Position numbers and translations under genes: made by a program. From a virus (lineage: Duplodnaviria; Caudoviricetes): a stretch of 64,000 nucleotides of DNA. The notes under the pieces are model-generated. The model saw nothing but the letters and a program-made list of their open reading frames with translations. It searched no databases and was not told the DNA's origin. Shown here in pieces: positions 37,800 to 48,556 of this stretch (its first letter is position 1; each line of letters starts with the position of its first letter). The DNA is taken from the IMG/VR virus record IMGVR_UViG_3300011868_000001, positions 32,001 to 96,000 of that record. One strand, written 5' to 3'.

Positions 37800-39167
37800 T
37801 TAACTCTGTTCGTCTAAAAAGGCTTGATAGCCAGGGGCTAGACGATCGACCATAACCACAACTTCCGTGGTGGTCTGATGAGCTTTCTGATGAAGCCCGG
37901 TACCGGCCAGAGCCGAATACGCATGGGCATGGACCACTACACCATTGACAAACGCAGGTTCCCCATTGACGATAAACCCCACTTCGCATTGGAGCCCTGG
38001 GATGATCAGATCAGGATTGCTGTTCTCCCAGTTCATGACGAAATAGGCGCCATTTCGTTCGGCCAGACGACTGGCTTCATGAAACGCATTGGACCGAGTC
38101 AGGTTATCAGAAACCCTGGACATGCTGGTGCCTTTGCGTTGGATTGCCTCGTACTCATTTGCATTGTTAGTTCTTTTTGCCACGGCTTTGTTACCAGAGA
38201 CTTCGAAAAATCCCTGCAGTGCCGTGCTGGTGTCGACAAATCGCGTACCGTTGCCTTCATTGAGCAAACGGGTTTCCGAGGGGTCTAACCGGTTTACACC
38301 GCCGGTGATCAGGGCCACAAAATGCTTGTCCTGAATCCGGTAGGTGTGTTCGATCCCGCGGTAACGCTTAGAGGGTGCCAGAATAAACAATGCCGTGCGT
38401 TCAGCCTCATCATAGCGCTTGTAGTTATACAGCGGCCAGATGTACCACATGTCCTTTTGCAGGTAGCAACCAATGCCGGTGCTGTAGATGCCCCCGTACT
38501 GAGTCTGGAGCTTATCGGCGACCTGTACCAGCGGGATGCCATGAGGCAGGACCGTGTTACTGCGTTTGGTTTGGTTACTCGGCTCAACCGCGTTGATGCC
38601 ACGGATGGCATTTTCCTGATCGATATCCATGTTCTGCATGGACTGGGTCAACAGAGACAACAGGATGTCATACGGTCGACTGTCACGGAATACACCGCCG
38701 ACGATTTCCGTCCGTATTTGATCAAACGCTTCCTCTTGAAGCTGAACCTGAATGATGCGAATGCCAGTCAGGTCGGATGCATATTCGCTGGATGTCTCAG
38801 GACTGTCCGCCAGCATACCGGTTTCAGACTCTAACGGCAGCCGCGCGAGGTAGGTCTGTTCCAGTACACTGTCGGGCACCTCCACACCTGAGTGTGCGAG
38901 GGTCCGGCGAGTGAGGGTGAGTTTGAGATTTTCCTTGAACGGCAAGACCCGGTGAAGATACTGACCCCATTGGACGGCAACCTTGAGCAGGACCTCATCC
39001 GTAATCGCCTTGCGGTAATCACGGATGACGTCACGACTGATCACGGTCAAAGCGGGAATCTCTTCCCGCTCCGTGACAAACACAGCGTCGTAGGCGTAAT
39101 ACGAATCGACGCCTTCACGCTGGATCAGTTCAAGTTCCGCACCAAGGGTTGTTTGGGAGAATTCCAT
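37800..39167 (-). CDS. virion structural protein, possibly baseplate hub (phiKZ gp101-like position)
   Basis: Last gene of the structural block; assignment from recalled synteny only. Confidence 0.5.
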   Translation of the reverse strand: MEFSQTTLGAELELIQREGVDSYYAYDAVFVTEREEIPALTVISRDVIRDYRKAITDEVLLKVAVQWGQYLHRVLPFKENLKLTLTRRTLAHSGVEVPDSVLEQTYLARLPLESETGMLADSPETSSEYASDLTGIRIIQVQLQEEAFDQIRTEIVGGVFRDSRPYDILLSLLTQSMQNMDIDQENAIRGINAVEPSNQTKRSNTVLPHGIPLVQVADKLQTQYGGIYSTGIGCYLQKDMWYIWPLYNYKRYDEAERTALFILAPSKRYRGIEHTYRIQDKHFVALITGGVNRLDPSETRLLNEGNGTRFVDTSTALQGFFEVSGNKAVAKRTNNANEYEAIQRKGTSMSRVSDNLTRSNAFHEASRLAERNGAYFVMNWENSNPDLIIPGLQCEVGFIVNGEPAFVNGVVVHAHAYSALAGTGLHQKAHQTTTEVVVMVDRLAPGYQAFLDEQS

Positions 39168-39181
39168 ACAAGCCCTTTGAT

Positions 39182-39757
39182 TTAGTGTTTCCTGTTACGC
39201 TCAGCGAGCAGACGTTCAATCCGATCCATGAGCGGTGAGGTTTCTTGCACATCCACACCCACTGCCGATGTGTTGAACAGCTCTTGAGCCCCCATCAGGT
39301 TACCGAACAGGCTGGAGACCCGACGCAGTTCAGGGACGTCATTGATATCTGGCTTGAAGCCGACGACCTGGTCCTTGATGGTCTGAGCAAAGTCGGACAT
39401 CAGGTACAGGGAATCGAGGGGTGCGTCTTTGACGTTCGGATCGTTGTTGACGTAATCCGCCCAAAATCCCAAGTGCGCGGTGATCACCTCGTAAATGGTA
39501 ACGAGGTCTTCGCGGGCGTTCTGGAACTTGATGTCCGCCCCTTGCTCGTAGAGCTTGAGAATATCGGCAATGGTGCCACCAATATTGACGTACTCGGCCA
39601 TGTAACGCTGGTTGAGCTCTTTCGAACCTGTGTGCAGATGACCAACTTTCTCGTTGTATTCTTTCGAATAGCGATAGTAGCCTGGGATCGCATAGAGGTA
39701 CGTGGTGTGGAAAATATGTCGACGCACTTCTGCGGGGTCATCGTATTTCCGACTCAT
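39182..39757 (-). CDS. conserved jumbo-phage protein in structural block
   Basis: ATGA-coupled to the upstream gene. Confidence 0.6.
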   Translation of the reverse strand: MSRKYDDPAEVRRHIFHTTYLYAIPGYYRYSKEYNEKVGHLHTGSKELNQRYMAEYVNIGGTIADILKLYEQGADIKFQNAREDLVTIYEVITAHLGFWADYVNNDPNVKDAPLDSLYLMSDFAQTIKDQVVGFKPDINDVPELRRVSSLFGNLMGAQELFNTSAVGVDVQETSPLMDRIERLLAERNRKH

Positions 39758-41151
39758 TTGATTCTCCGACGGTACACCCGAAGCAGGGTGAAGAGAATAG
39801 GGAAGTAATAAAACCGTTCGACGTTGTCCCAGCGTGGGGCATGTGTGCACAGCAAGTCCAGCATGCGGATGTCGATTGCCTCACCCTTCAATGCTGCAAG
39901 GGTCAGGGTCTCAAGCTTGCTGAGTTTGGTCTGGGCAGTGTGCTCGTAGAACGCCTGACTCAGGACGTAGTAGTCGTCGACAGTCACTCGTTTGATCTGC
40001 GGCGCACGCTCGGGGGCGATCGACTCGTAGACTTCGAACGTTGGGTCGAGTTCTAAGGTCGGTTTGAATAGGCGGTTGAGTTCGCGGAATCTGGCACAGC
40101 CACGTACCAGGTCTTCCAGCTCCTGATCGACAAACCCACTGTAACCGGCATCGACATTGGTGGGCGTCAGGTCCGGGTAGACCACGGCTTCCACACCAGA
40201 GTAGTAGATGCTGTTAAGACTCGGACGGCGATTGAAGAACTTACCGACGTCAACCAAGCCTGCCTGGTGCACACTCATGGACAACAGCGCATGGTCCATG
40301 GTCTCCAGACAGTTCCACAGGGTGAACTCGTACATGGTCTGGTCGCCCTGCACGTTCAGCTCCACCATGTGCCTTAGCAACGGATGATCGTCAGTGGTCA
40401 GGATGGTTTTCACATACCGTACCAAGAACGGGTCATACGTAACCCGAGGCTGGTTCGGCACCAGCAGCGTCTTGCGTTCGCGGCTGAAGAAATCGTGAAA
40501 GTACAGCTGGATCAGACGGGCGTAGTGCTCGGCCATGTTGTTGACGAGCTGGGTGTGCTCTTCACTGAGCAGCGGGGTGTTGCCCGTGTCAAGGAAGTTC
40601 TTGTGGAACACCACCGTTTCAACGGTCTTGGATACCAGCTCGTTGCGTACCGACTCACTGGACAGCTTGATCAGGCTGTACTCGATTTCGTAAACCGCCG
40701 ACATGTAGTGCGACAGCTTGTTCGAAGAGGTCACATGGAACATGCCCTCACGACCATCGCCGATGTCAGCAAGAAAGACATCGCCTTCCTTGGGAATCAG
40801 AATACCGTAGACATTGGCAGAGCCTTTAAGGCTCATGTCTTTGGTGGTGCTGTCTTGGGACGATTGCAACGGACTGGTGACTTTAAGCTCAAAGCCTTTG
40901 ATCAGCTTGTATTGCTGATAGACCGGGTGCAGGTCCGATTCAAAGGGTCTGGCGTCGTCGTCACGGCCTTTGACCAGGGAGAAGAAATCCACATCCCATG
41001 ACTGACCGGCGATGTAGGTAGTCAGTTGATCAAAACGGACTTCCTTGGTGTCAACGCTGGCGCCGACATACGCCTTAGGTTGGATTTTGACCGGATCGTT
41101 CTCTGGCGGTTTGACCACAGTGTCGATGTTCTGAATCGTTGGAACGGGCAT
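39754..41151 (-). CDS. virion structural protein
   Basis: 465 aa; PKEGDVFLADIGDG motif; context. Confidence 0.6.
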   Translation of the reverse strand: MPVPTIQNIDTVVKPPENDPVKIQPKAYVGASVDTKEVRFDQLTTYIAGQSWDVDFFSLVKGRDDDARPFESDLHPVYQQYKLIKGFELKVTSPLQSSQDSTTKDMSLKGSANVYGILIPKEGDVFLADIGDGREGMFHVTSSNKLSHYMSAVYEIEYSLIKLSSESVRNELVSKTVETVVFHKNFLDTGNTPLLSEEHTQLVNNMAEHYARLIQLYFHDFFSRERKTLLVPNQPRVTYDPFLVRYVKTILTTDDHPLLRHMVELNVQGDQTMYEFTLWNCLETMDHALLSMSVHQAGLVDVGKFFNRRPSLNSIYYSGVEAVVYPDLTPTNVDAGYSGFVDQELEDLVRGCARFRELNRLFKPTLELDPTFEVYESIAPERAPQIKRVTVDDYYVLSQAFYEHTAQTKLSKLETLTLAALKGEAIDIRMLDLLCTHAPRWDNVERFYYFPILFTLLRVYRRRIK

Positions 41152-41155
41152 GGCA

Positions 41156-42790
41156 CTATACCTTGTTACTGTTCTGAGCGATGATCGTCAGAATCTCGAC
41201 GTAAGGGGTGTCCAGACGACGACCAAAGCCGGTGTTATCGTTGTACCAGCTCGGATCATCCAGACGGTTGTTATTGACATTGCTTGGATTGGGTTTACCC
41301 ACCGGGCGGCCGGTGGCCTGATCCCGCAAGAACCCGAAGAACTTCTTGATATAGCTGATACTGAGCTTACCATCTTCGGTCATGTGGTTGGCAACGGCGT
41401 CTTCGACGTCCAAACGGTTGAGTACCGTCTGAAACAGGCGCAGCGTCACCCAACCATGTTCGTGCATGTCCAGCAAGGCCGCTTCAGTATACTTACCAAG
41501 CTCTGTGCAAAAGCTCATACGCAGGTGATAACGCTGGCGCAGGTCAGCTGGGGTTTTAGTGCGAATCTCAAATGCCGTGGGCGTGTCGACGTATTCCAGA
41601 TCACCATCGGCAATCGGCTGGTCATCACGGTACAGGGCAAAGTGGATCGGGCTCTGACCTAACCGCAGCAGTTTGTTACCCTGACGCTTGAGGTAAGCCA
41701 AGACCTCTGGGAGGTAGTTGGTAGCCAGCACATCGTCGGCTGAGAAAGCCAGATGCAGATCCTTGGGCTCGAACACGATCATCCAGCTGATAAAGGTCGT
41801 CGTGTACGGCACGATGCTGGCAGGAATCCATTCATCGTAGTCCGGCACCACCTGACCCCCAATCGGCCGTTGCGGAATGCGCGCCAGATAATCGAAGTGA
41901 TCCAGTGCAAACCGATAATCACTCTTGTACGACGGCAGCATCAGCGGGTCTTCGACCTTAGGCTTGACCACCATGAACTGTGGCGAGATCAGTTGGTTGT
42001 GCACCACCTGCGGATACACCACGTTCAATTCAACGGGTTTGCTGTAACTGAACTTGTAGGTAAACTGCACGAGGTAGGCAGGACCTTCTTCGTTCTTTTC
42101 TTCCTCGACTGGCAGATCGAAATCAAACCAGCCCTGAACGCCCAATTGCTTCTCGGCAATGACCAGCAGGGTGTGTTCATCGTCCCCCGCCTGGTTGGTC
42201 AAGACCGTGGCACGCTTGGTGTAATAGCGCTTAAGGTATTCACCTAGGCTCTCACCGTACCCTGCCACTGCTTCGCGCAGGTTGTAGATGTGACTCAACA
42301 GTGACGAGCAGAAGTTCGGCACTGGGAAGTGATAGGTTACCTGATGCAGGTGCGACTGGCGATTGTCGGCCATGCGGACCTTAACGTCATCGCGCCAGAC
42401 CATGGCTTCGGATTTACTCTTAGCCCGGTAGGTGAAGTTCAACTCCATCTCGGTGTTGCTGTAAACCGGTTTGATGTGCACGCCAATCATCGGGTCAGCG
42501 AAAATAGGCTGAGCGTAAGGATGCCGCACTTCGGCGTTGATGACCTCAGAATCCACGTAGGTCTCGCGGAAGGTGACGATCACCCGCTCATCTTGCGCCA
42601 AGCGCAGTGGGCTGTCCTCGTCATTCAACTCAGAGCCCGGCTGGGCGGCCACAGCACTTTCACCACGGATTTCAACCCGTGCACGTTTGTCAATGTTGGT
42701 GATATCAACCACTTTGTCGATAACCGATTTGGCCACCCGGCGGGAGACCGAATCGTAGGTCATCGGAATAGGGATCAGAAGGTTAGGCAT
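41156..42790 (-). CDS. virion structural protein
   Basis: 544 aa; GATTTTATG upstream. Confidence 0.6.
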   Translation of the reverse strand: MPNLLIPIPMTYDSVSRRVAKSVIDKVVDITNIDKRARVEIRGESAVAAQPGSELNDEDSPLRLAQDERVIVTFRETYVDSEVINAEVRHPYAQPIFADPMIGVHIKPVYSNTEMELNFTYRAKSKSEAMVWRDDVKVRMADNRQSHLHQVTYHFPVPNFCSSLLSHIYNLREAVAGYGESLGEYLKRYYTKRATVLTNQAGDDEHTLLVIAEKQLGVQGWFDFDLPVEEEKNEEGPAYLVQFTYKFSYSKPVELNVVYPQVVHNQLISPQFMVVKPKVEDPLMLPSYKSDYRFALDHFDYLARIPQRPIGGQVVPDYDEWIPASIVPYTTTFISWMIVFEPKDLHLAFSADDVLATNYLPEVLAYLKRQGNKLLRLGQSPIHFALYRDDQPIADGDLEYVDTPTAFEIRTKTPADLRQRYHLRMSFCTELGKYTEAALLDMHEHGWVTLRLFQTVLNRLDVEDAVANHMTEDGKLSISYIKKFFGFLRDQATGRPVGKPNPSNVNNNRLDDPSWYNDNTGFGRRLDTPYVEILTIIAQNSNKV

Positions 42791-42874
42791 GGGGTGTCCC
42801 CGGATGAATGATCTTTGTCATAAAATCGGTCTAAAGCGCATAAAGGAGGAGCCAATTGGCTCCTCCTGTTATGT

Positions 42875-44287
42875 TTAGCGGTTGATGGCGACGTAGGCCT
42901 TCATCTGCTCCTCGAGCACACTGGTGGTCGAGTTGATCAGACGCAGGTACGGTGCGCGGCAGGTCTCGGTGTGGTAGTACGCCTTGTCCAGGAAGGTGAA
43001 CATCGAGGTGCAGGCGATATCCAGTGCACGCCACAGCTCATTGGTCATGTGAGCGAACTCCATGTTCACCACCATGCTCCAGAGCTTGTTGTAGCACTCG
43101 TTGGCTTCACGCCAGGCGATCGACAGTTCGCTGTAGTACGCGTAGTCGAAGGTCTTCTCACGCTCAACGGCGTCGATGACCACATCGAGGATAGCCTTCA
43201 GCGCCTTGAGATCGTCAGCCTGACCACCGGTACGACCGGTACGGCGATATTTCACACCCAGCTGGTTCGGCTCGAGCAGGTTGACCAGGTCCATGATCCA
43301 CTCGACGTCGCGGTAACGAGAACGATACCCCATGGAACCGTCGATGAAGGTCATGCCCGCCAGTTCACGACCGTATTCAACGGCCTTGGTGACCGGCAGT
43401 TCCTTGGTCAGTTCCTTGTACAGACCCTTCAGCTGTTCTTCCGCTGCGATACTGTCGCGCGCAACCAAGACCCCAGCCAGGACATCGGCCACGGCCGAAG
43501 AACGCTTGACCGCATCCTCAGCCAGCTTGTCGACACCGTATACGAGCACCTTGTAAGTGTCGTCGAGGGCTTTCTTCAGCGCAGTTTCGGTGAAGTCCAG
43601 GGGCTTGTTGTCCATGGAGAACGCCGAGGTCCAGCTGGCGTCGTAGCGGATCACCTTCGACGGGATGCCGTAGTCTTCCGGCATCTGCTCCATGCGCGCT
43701 TGCAGCGAGGCGATACGCTTGAGCATGACTTCACGGTACACCGCACCACGGCGGGCATTGATGGCCATGTTCTCAAACTTTTCCTTGATCCACTTCTTCA
43801 GCTTGCTGAATGCATTCTTGATGAAGTCGGTCAGGCCTTCCATCGAGGCGGTGGTCAACTTACCGTCTTCGACTTCAAGCCGCGGAGCCGTCTCGCCGGC
43901 TTGCAGGGCAATGGCACCCAGGGCGTTTTCAGCCATCTCTGCGGTGCTGTTGTCGATGCTTTCCATGGAGGCCAGGACGCTCAGCATTTCCATGGAGCTG
44001 ATCACGGTCGATACAGCTTCCTGGACATGGGCGATCTCGCCACGCAGGGCGGCATGTTCTTGCTCATTGCGTTCGAAGTAGTCTTCGGCGATTTGACGCT
44101 GAGTGCCTTCATCGCTGTAGCGCTCTTCTTTCATGTGCTCAAGCACATCTTGTTCGATCTGCTCGGCAGCGATCACGCTCAGGCTTTCGATGGGGCTGTC
44201 GAGTTCGGTGTTGGAGGTCACCGGTTCGTTCAGGTCTTTCAGGTCGCTGAGCGATGCAGCGAGGAGGGATTCGAGGCTGGATTTCAT
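42875..44287 (-). CDS. internal head protein (phiKZ gp93-97-like paralog family)
   Basis: Acidic propeptide with SLES/SMEM/SMES/SMEG sites followed by amphipathic LTDFIKNAFSKLKKWI. Confidence 0.75.
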   Translation of the reverse strand: MKSSLESLLAASLSDLKDLNEPVTSNTELDSPIESLSVIAAEQIEQDVLEHMKEERYSDEGTQRQIAEDYFERNEQEHAALRGEIAHVQEAVSTVISSMEMLSVLASMESIDNSTAEMAENALGAIALQAGETAPRLEVEDGKLTTASMEGLTDFIKNAFSKLKKWIKEKFENMAINARRGAVYREVMLKRIASLQARMEQMPEDYGIPSKVIRYDASWTSAFSMDNKPLDFTETALKKALDDTYKVLVYGVDKLAEDAVKRSSAVADVLAGVLVARDSIAAEEQLKGLYKELTKELPVTKAVEYGRELAGMTFIDGSMGYRSRYRDVEWIMDLVNLLEPNQLGVKYRRTGRTGGQADDLKALKAILDVVIDAVEREKTFDYAYYSELSIAWREANECYNKLWSMVVNMEFAHMTNELWRALDIACTSMFTFLDKAYYHTETCRAPYLRLINSTTSVLEEQMKAYVAINR

Positions 44288-44296
44288 GGCAAAACC

Positions 44297-45562
44297 TTAA
44301 TGGGAGGTGTTGAGGGATTTGCGACCGTAAGTCAGCAAGTGGCGTGAGACTGTCAGCAGGTTGGTGGTCATCTGATCGACAGGACCGGTGGCCCAGCTGG
44401 CGTAATTACGGACAAAGCGCAGGACGCTGATGTCGTAGTTATCGCCGTTATTGCTCGTGCGGTTCTGATAGGACTCACCGGCTCGCAGCACCGACTTGAT
44501 CTGACTCTCAATGCGGTTGAGTTTCATGACCTTCTCTTGCGAGTCGATCAGGTCGAGAATCTCGATCACGCGTCGTGCAATGGTTTCTACCTGTTGCCCA
44601 GAGGCAGTCTTGGCAGTACCAGACAACACGTTGCTCTGGTTGACGTTGGTCAAGGCAAACTTGACACCGGTGGTGCGCACAGCTGCTGCAAACCCAAGTG
44701 GATCGGTTTCAGCCAGGGCGCGTTGTTCATTCTCGAGGGTCAGGAAGTACAGGTTCCAGCCACCGATGATGGGCGGTGCTGCCATGGTCAGACGGCGACC
44801 AAAGCGAGGATCACGGTAGACCATGGCCTTGAGTTGACTGGCCAAGCGCTCTACTGGGATTTGCGTGAACAGCTGAGAGACTTCCTTAAGCTTCTCAACC
44901 CCGGTATCGGAGTCTTGCAGCAGGCGCTCAAACTTCTGACCGACATCGATCATGCCCGCACCATAGAGGTTGGTCACGATTCGATACTGATCCAAGGCCG
45001 CACTGACCGAACGGATCAACGCATCAGGGTCAGTGACGATGTTGTCGCCGACGATGAAGGATTTGATTTCCATGCCCAGTTGGACCGTGGGCTGACGTAC
45101 CGTGGTGATGCGGCGAGCCGAGGCATGTTTAGCCAAGTGTTCGGCACCCATGCGCAGTTGTCCACGGAAGGTGGCGATCCGGACCCAGAACTCCTTAAGG
45201 AACTTAAGGACGGCCAAGACAGCGGCGACCAGACGTGCCCACAGGGCTTTCATGCGGTCTTTCAGAGATTCGGTGGAAACCACCCCCATCTCGTGCTCTT
45301 GCAGGGTCGGCAGCAGGTCATTGACACTGATCCCTGAACTACCTACCAGGTTCTCAAAACTGATCACTACGGCCCGTTTGTGGGCTTCTGAGGCGATCTC
45401 GTTGGTGTCGAGGTGAGCAATCAAGCTCTCCAGGGAATCGGTTGCATCGAGCAGTGATTCCAGTTGGGCACGGGCGTTAGACAGATCACGCTCGGCTTCA
45501 AGGACGTCAACGAATCCCTCACTCTCATTGCCCATGACATCAGGCAGTTCTTCTTCAGACAT
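44297..45562 (-). CDS. internal head protein paralog
   Basis: SLES, SFEN and STES sites, then LKDRMKALWARLV. Confidence 0.75.
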   Translation of the reverse strand: MSEEELPDVMGNESEGFVDVLEAERDLSNARAQLESLLDATDSLESLIAHLDTNEIASEAHKRAVVISFENLVGSSGISVNDLLPTLQEHEMGVVSTESLKDRMKALWARLVAAVLAVLKFLKEFWVRIATFRGQLRMGAEHLAKHASARRITTVRQPTVQLGMEIKSFIVGDNIVTDPDALIRSVSAALDQYRIVTNLYGAGMIDVGQKFERLLQDSDTGVEKLKEVSQLFTQIPVERLASQLKAMVYRDPRFGRRLTMAAPPIIGGWNLYFLTLENEQRALAETDPLGFAAAVRTTGVKFALTNVNQSNVLSGTAKTASGQQVETIARRVIEILDLIDSQEKVMKLNRIESQIKSVLRAGESYQNRTSNNGDNYDISVLRFVRNYASWATGPVDQMTTNLLTVSRHLLTYGRKSLNTSH

Positions 45563-45620
45563 AGCGAATGCTCGTAAAAGGAATGGAGTGTGTAATTCAC
45601 CATAGAATTCGGACATTCAG

Positions 45621-45655
45621 CATAAAAACACCTACCCGACCTAAGCCGGGTAGGT
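45621..45655 (-). terminator. intrinsic terminator
   Basis: ACCTACCCG/CGGGTAGGT stem followed by GTTTTTATG on the minus strand. Confidence 0.7.
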
Positions 45656-45676
45656 ATTCCTTACGCTGAAAGAGGG

Positions 45677-46987
45677 TTAGGCGTCGGCCTTCTCTTCTTT
45701 CTTGGCAGCCTTGCCGTACTGCTTCAGCATCTGGGTGCCGGTGGAAGCAGCGGCCTTGGCAGCAGTACCCATGAAGGACAGGTACTGGTGCGAGCAGCCA
45801 GTGGTCAGACGAGCAGCCTTGTTCAGCTTGGCCAGAACGGACTTGGCGGAAGCGACTTCGTCTTTTTCCAGGGAGTCACCGCTGGCAACGAGCTTGTTAC
45901 CGGCCTTGACGACGTCGTTGATGCCTTTTTCGGCAGCAGCGGCGACGGACTTGGCAGCAACCATGTTCTTGCCGATTTCGATGATCTGGTCGGCCATCTT
46001 CTCGATCTGCTCGACGGACATCTCTTCGAACTCAGTGCCGGCCTTGGCACTGATCGACTTGTCACGCGACAGTTTCAGGGAAGCCTTGGCCAGTACTTCG
46101 AGGTCGGTACCGCCCTTGACGTAGGCTTCCGGCAGGGTCAGGTCGAAGTAGTAGCCGCCAGGCAGCTTGCCCTTCATGTCGTCCGGCAGAGCTGCTTTCA
46201 GGTCGACCTTGGCAGCCGCTTCCTTCAGACGATCCGGATGAACTTCGCCCTTGTAGACCGCCTGAATCAGGGGGCTCAGAGCGGCAGTGACCTTGTTGGT
46301 GTACTGCTTGACGCCGACGTCGAAGCCATGGTTGATGGCCGCGAGGGCTTGAGCCGGTACCAGCTTGCCGTCGACAACCAGGGTGTCAGCAGCAGCGGAA
46401 GTCAGAGAGACCTTACCACCGACCGACTTCTGACCTTTGGCAGCCTGAGCGCGCTTCTTCAGCGACTGACCGGCAGCGATCACAGCCGGACCGGATTTGC
46501 CGATGGTGGCGAAGAACTGCTTGACAGCGTTCCAGGCAGACTGGACAGCGTTGCGGATGGCGTCCCAGATCTTGGACAGCAGTTGCTTGACGTTTTCCAG
46601 CGCTTCTTGGGAAGCAACCAGCTTGTCGCCAGTGCCGCCGAAGGATTCGGTGGAGACGGTGAAGTCTGCAGCGTTGACCGGCAGCTTGCGGGTGGCGATG
46701 GCCAGAGCGCGGCTGTGCATGTCAGCAGCTTGCGGACCCATGCCGCCGTCGGCGATGAAGCTTTCCAGGGAGGAGACCAGGCTTTCCAGGCTCTCACCGG
46801 CTTCAGCCAGTTCTTCGACAGCTTCGTCATGCTCGTCGACGCTGGCTTCGTCGCCACGCACTTCTTCGAGGATTTCGTCGACGGCGACGATGGTTTCTTC
46901 GGTAACCGGGTTGATTTCCTCGTTCTCGGTCAGATCAGCCGATTCCATGGAAATGTTCAGAGCGCTTTGCAGGATCGAGTTACGCAT
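45677..46987 (-). CDS. internal head protein paralog, probably highly expressed
   Basis: SMES, SLES, STES and SQEA sites, then VKQLLSKIWDAI; strong codon bias (long antisense ORFs). Confidence 0.8.
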   Translation of the reverse strand: MRNSILQSALNISMESADLTENEEINPVTEETIVAVDEILEEVRGDEASVDEHDEAVEELAEAGESLESLVSSLESFIADGGMGPQAADMHSRALAIATRKLPVNAADFTVSTESFGGTGDKLVASQEALENVKQLLSKIWDAIRNAVQSAWNAVKQFFATIGKSGPAVIAAGQSLKKRAQAAKGQKSVGGKVSLTSAAADTLVVDGKLVPAQALAAINHGFDVGVKQYTNKVTAALSPLIQAVYKGEVHPDRLKEAAAKVDLKAALPDDMKGKLPGGYYFDLTLPEAYVKGGTDLEVLAKASLKLSRDKSISAKAGTEFEEMSVEQIEKMADQIIEIGKNMVAAKSVAAAAEKGINDVVKAGNKLVASGDSLEKDEVASAKSVLAKLNKAARLTTGCSHQYLSFMGTAAKAAASTGTQMLKQYGKAAKKEEKADA

Positions 46988-47089
46988 TGAGGTATTGCTC
47001 CACTTGTTTGCAAACAGAAGAAAGAGGTGCAGATGAACCTAGGCATTCTACACCTCTGCACACCATAGGGTGTTTTTTGACCCAAGGAT

Positions 47090-47620
47090 TTAGAGCGCCT
47101 TGGAGTGTTCGTGCCAGTTCTCTGGCAGGCTGCCGGCGATCAGATACAGCGAGTGTACCAGATCGGTCAAACCGCCTTCACGGCTTAACCAGCAGCTGAG
47201 GATGTCGCCGGGTGTGGCGGTGAAGAAACCGGTCAGGTCATGGTCGCGAATGAGTTGGTCTACATTGCGTTCAATGACGTCCTTCGGATGGAATACCAGA
47301 AGGTCACGGTAGTTCTCCAGCGCCATGCGCCGCGGGCCATCGCCTTTGATGAAGGCCAGGGTCGACAGGGTGAAGTCCAGAACCCAGCGCGAGCAAGGAG
47401 TCTTGACCTGCTGGATTAGGATGAAGCGACCATTGTGGGTGAACAGTACTTGACGGGCCGCTTGCAGCACTTCTTGCAGGTACTCAAAGTCCTCTGCAAA
47501 ATCGTGCGTGGTTTCCATGCGATGGTAGAGTCGATCCACCAGCGGCAGGTCCACATAGCCTTGCGGGTGCGCCGAGTGCGTGTCCACCGAGAACCCACGA
47601 TGAGTTTTCAGATGGCTCAT
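47090..47620 (-). CDS. hypothetical protein in head block
   Basis: 176 aa. Confidence 0.65.
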   Translation of the reverse strand: MSHLKTHRGFSVDTHSAHPQGYVDLPLVDRLYHRMETTHDFAEDFEYLQEVLQAARQVLFTHNGRFILIQQVKTPCSRWVLDFTLSTLAFIKGDGPRRMALENYRDLLVFHPKDVIERNVDQLIRDHDLTGFFTATPGDILSCWLSREGGLTDLVHSLYLIAGSLPENWHEHSKAL

Positions 47621-47623
47621 GCC

Positions 47624-48526
47624 TTATCGCTCCTGCTGACTGGCGTACTTCTCTTGCATCTTGGCAAGCTTTTCCGCCGTCTTGTTGAGGTACTGTTCGT
47701 ACTTCTCGATGGTGCGCTCAAGCTGAGCATCGTTCTTGCCTTCGGCCTGCAGACGCAGCTGCTCCAGGCGCAGTTGGATGGAACGTGCATCTTCTTTCAG
47801 ACGCTCGTACTTGGCCACCTGCAACTGGGCAAACCAGATACCGACAGCCAGTGCCACGTGCGTCACACCCGGAATGAAGTTGTTCTTCAGCGGATCGAGC
47901 TTGGTGTAGCCGACCTGCGGAACGATCACTTTCTCATCGTCTTCGGCAATGACGATATCCGGGATGGATTCGATCAGTGCGGCGACTTCACGGCTCGGGC
48001 GGGCAAAGGTGGTCAGCAGGGTCAGGAAGGCCTTCTGGTTATCGCGCAGCCAAGCCAGTTCAGGCTTGGGACGTTCTTGACCTTCGGGATGTTCCTTGGA
48101 CACGACAGACGCTTCAGCCACCAGCAGGTAATGCAGCAGTTGCATCGAGTACGAGACGACGAAGTCCATGTAACCGATGGTACGCAGCAGTTCAGCGCGC
48201 TTGTAGGTGATGCCTTCAATGACGATGTCCTGACCGTAACTCTTCTCGGCGATGGTCGAGAGCAGTTCGGTGGTCACTGCCATATTGGCCAGCACTTGAC
48301 GAATGTAACCGAACACACTGAGTTTCGGCGGCAGACGTGTGGCCTTATTCAGGTCAGCTTCGAACTGTTTACCGGCCTTGGACTTGAAGGAGGTCACAGT
48401 GGTCTCGGCGTTCATAAACGCTTCGATTGCCTTTTGCAACGCCTGGGTGTAGACCCGGATGTTCTGTTTCAGTTCATCCTTGGTCAGGGATGTCGCCATG
48501 CGGCGGAGGTATTCGAGGATACGCAT
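47624..48526 (-). CDS. virion head/inner-body protein
   Basis: 300 aa; C-terminal coiled coil; context. Confidence 0.6.
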   Translation of the reverse strand: MRILEYLRRMATSLTKDELKQNIRVYTQALQKAIEAFMNAETTVTSFKSKAGKQFEADLNKATRLPPKLSVFGYIRQVLANMAVTTELLSTIAEKSYGQDIVIEGITYKRAELLRTIGYMDFVVSYSMQLLHYLLVAEASVVSKEHPEGQERPKPELAWLRDNQKAFLTLLTTFARPSREVAALIESIPDIVIAEDDEKVIVPQVGYTKLDPLKNNFIPGVTHVALAVGIWFAQLQVAKYERLKEDARSIQLRLEQLRLQAEGKNDAQLERTIEKYEQYLNKTAEKLAKMQEKYASQQER

Positions 48527-48556
48527 TTTCAGTAGTTCCTTGGGGGTGAGGGTGAA

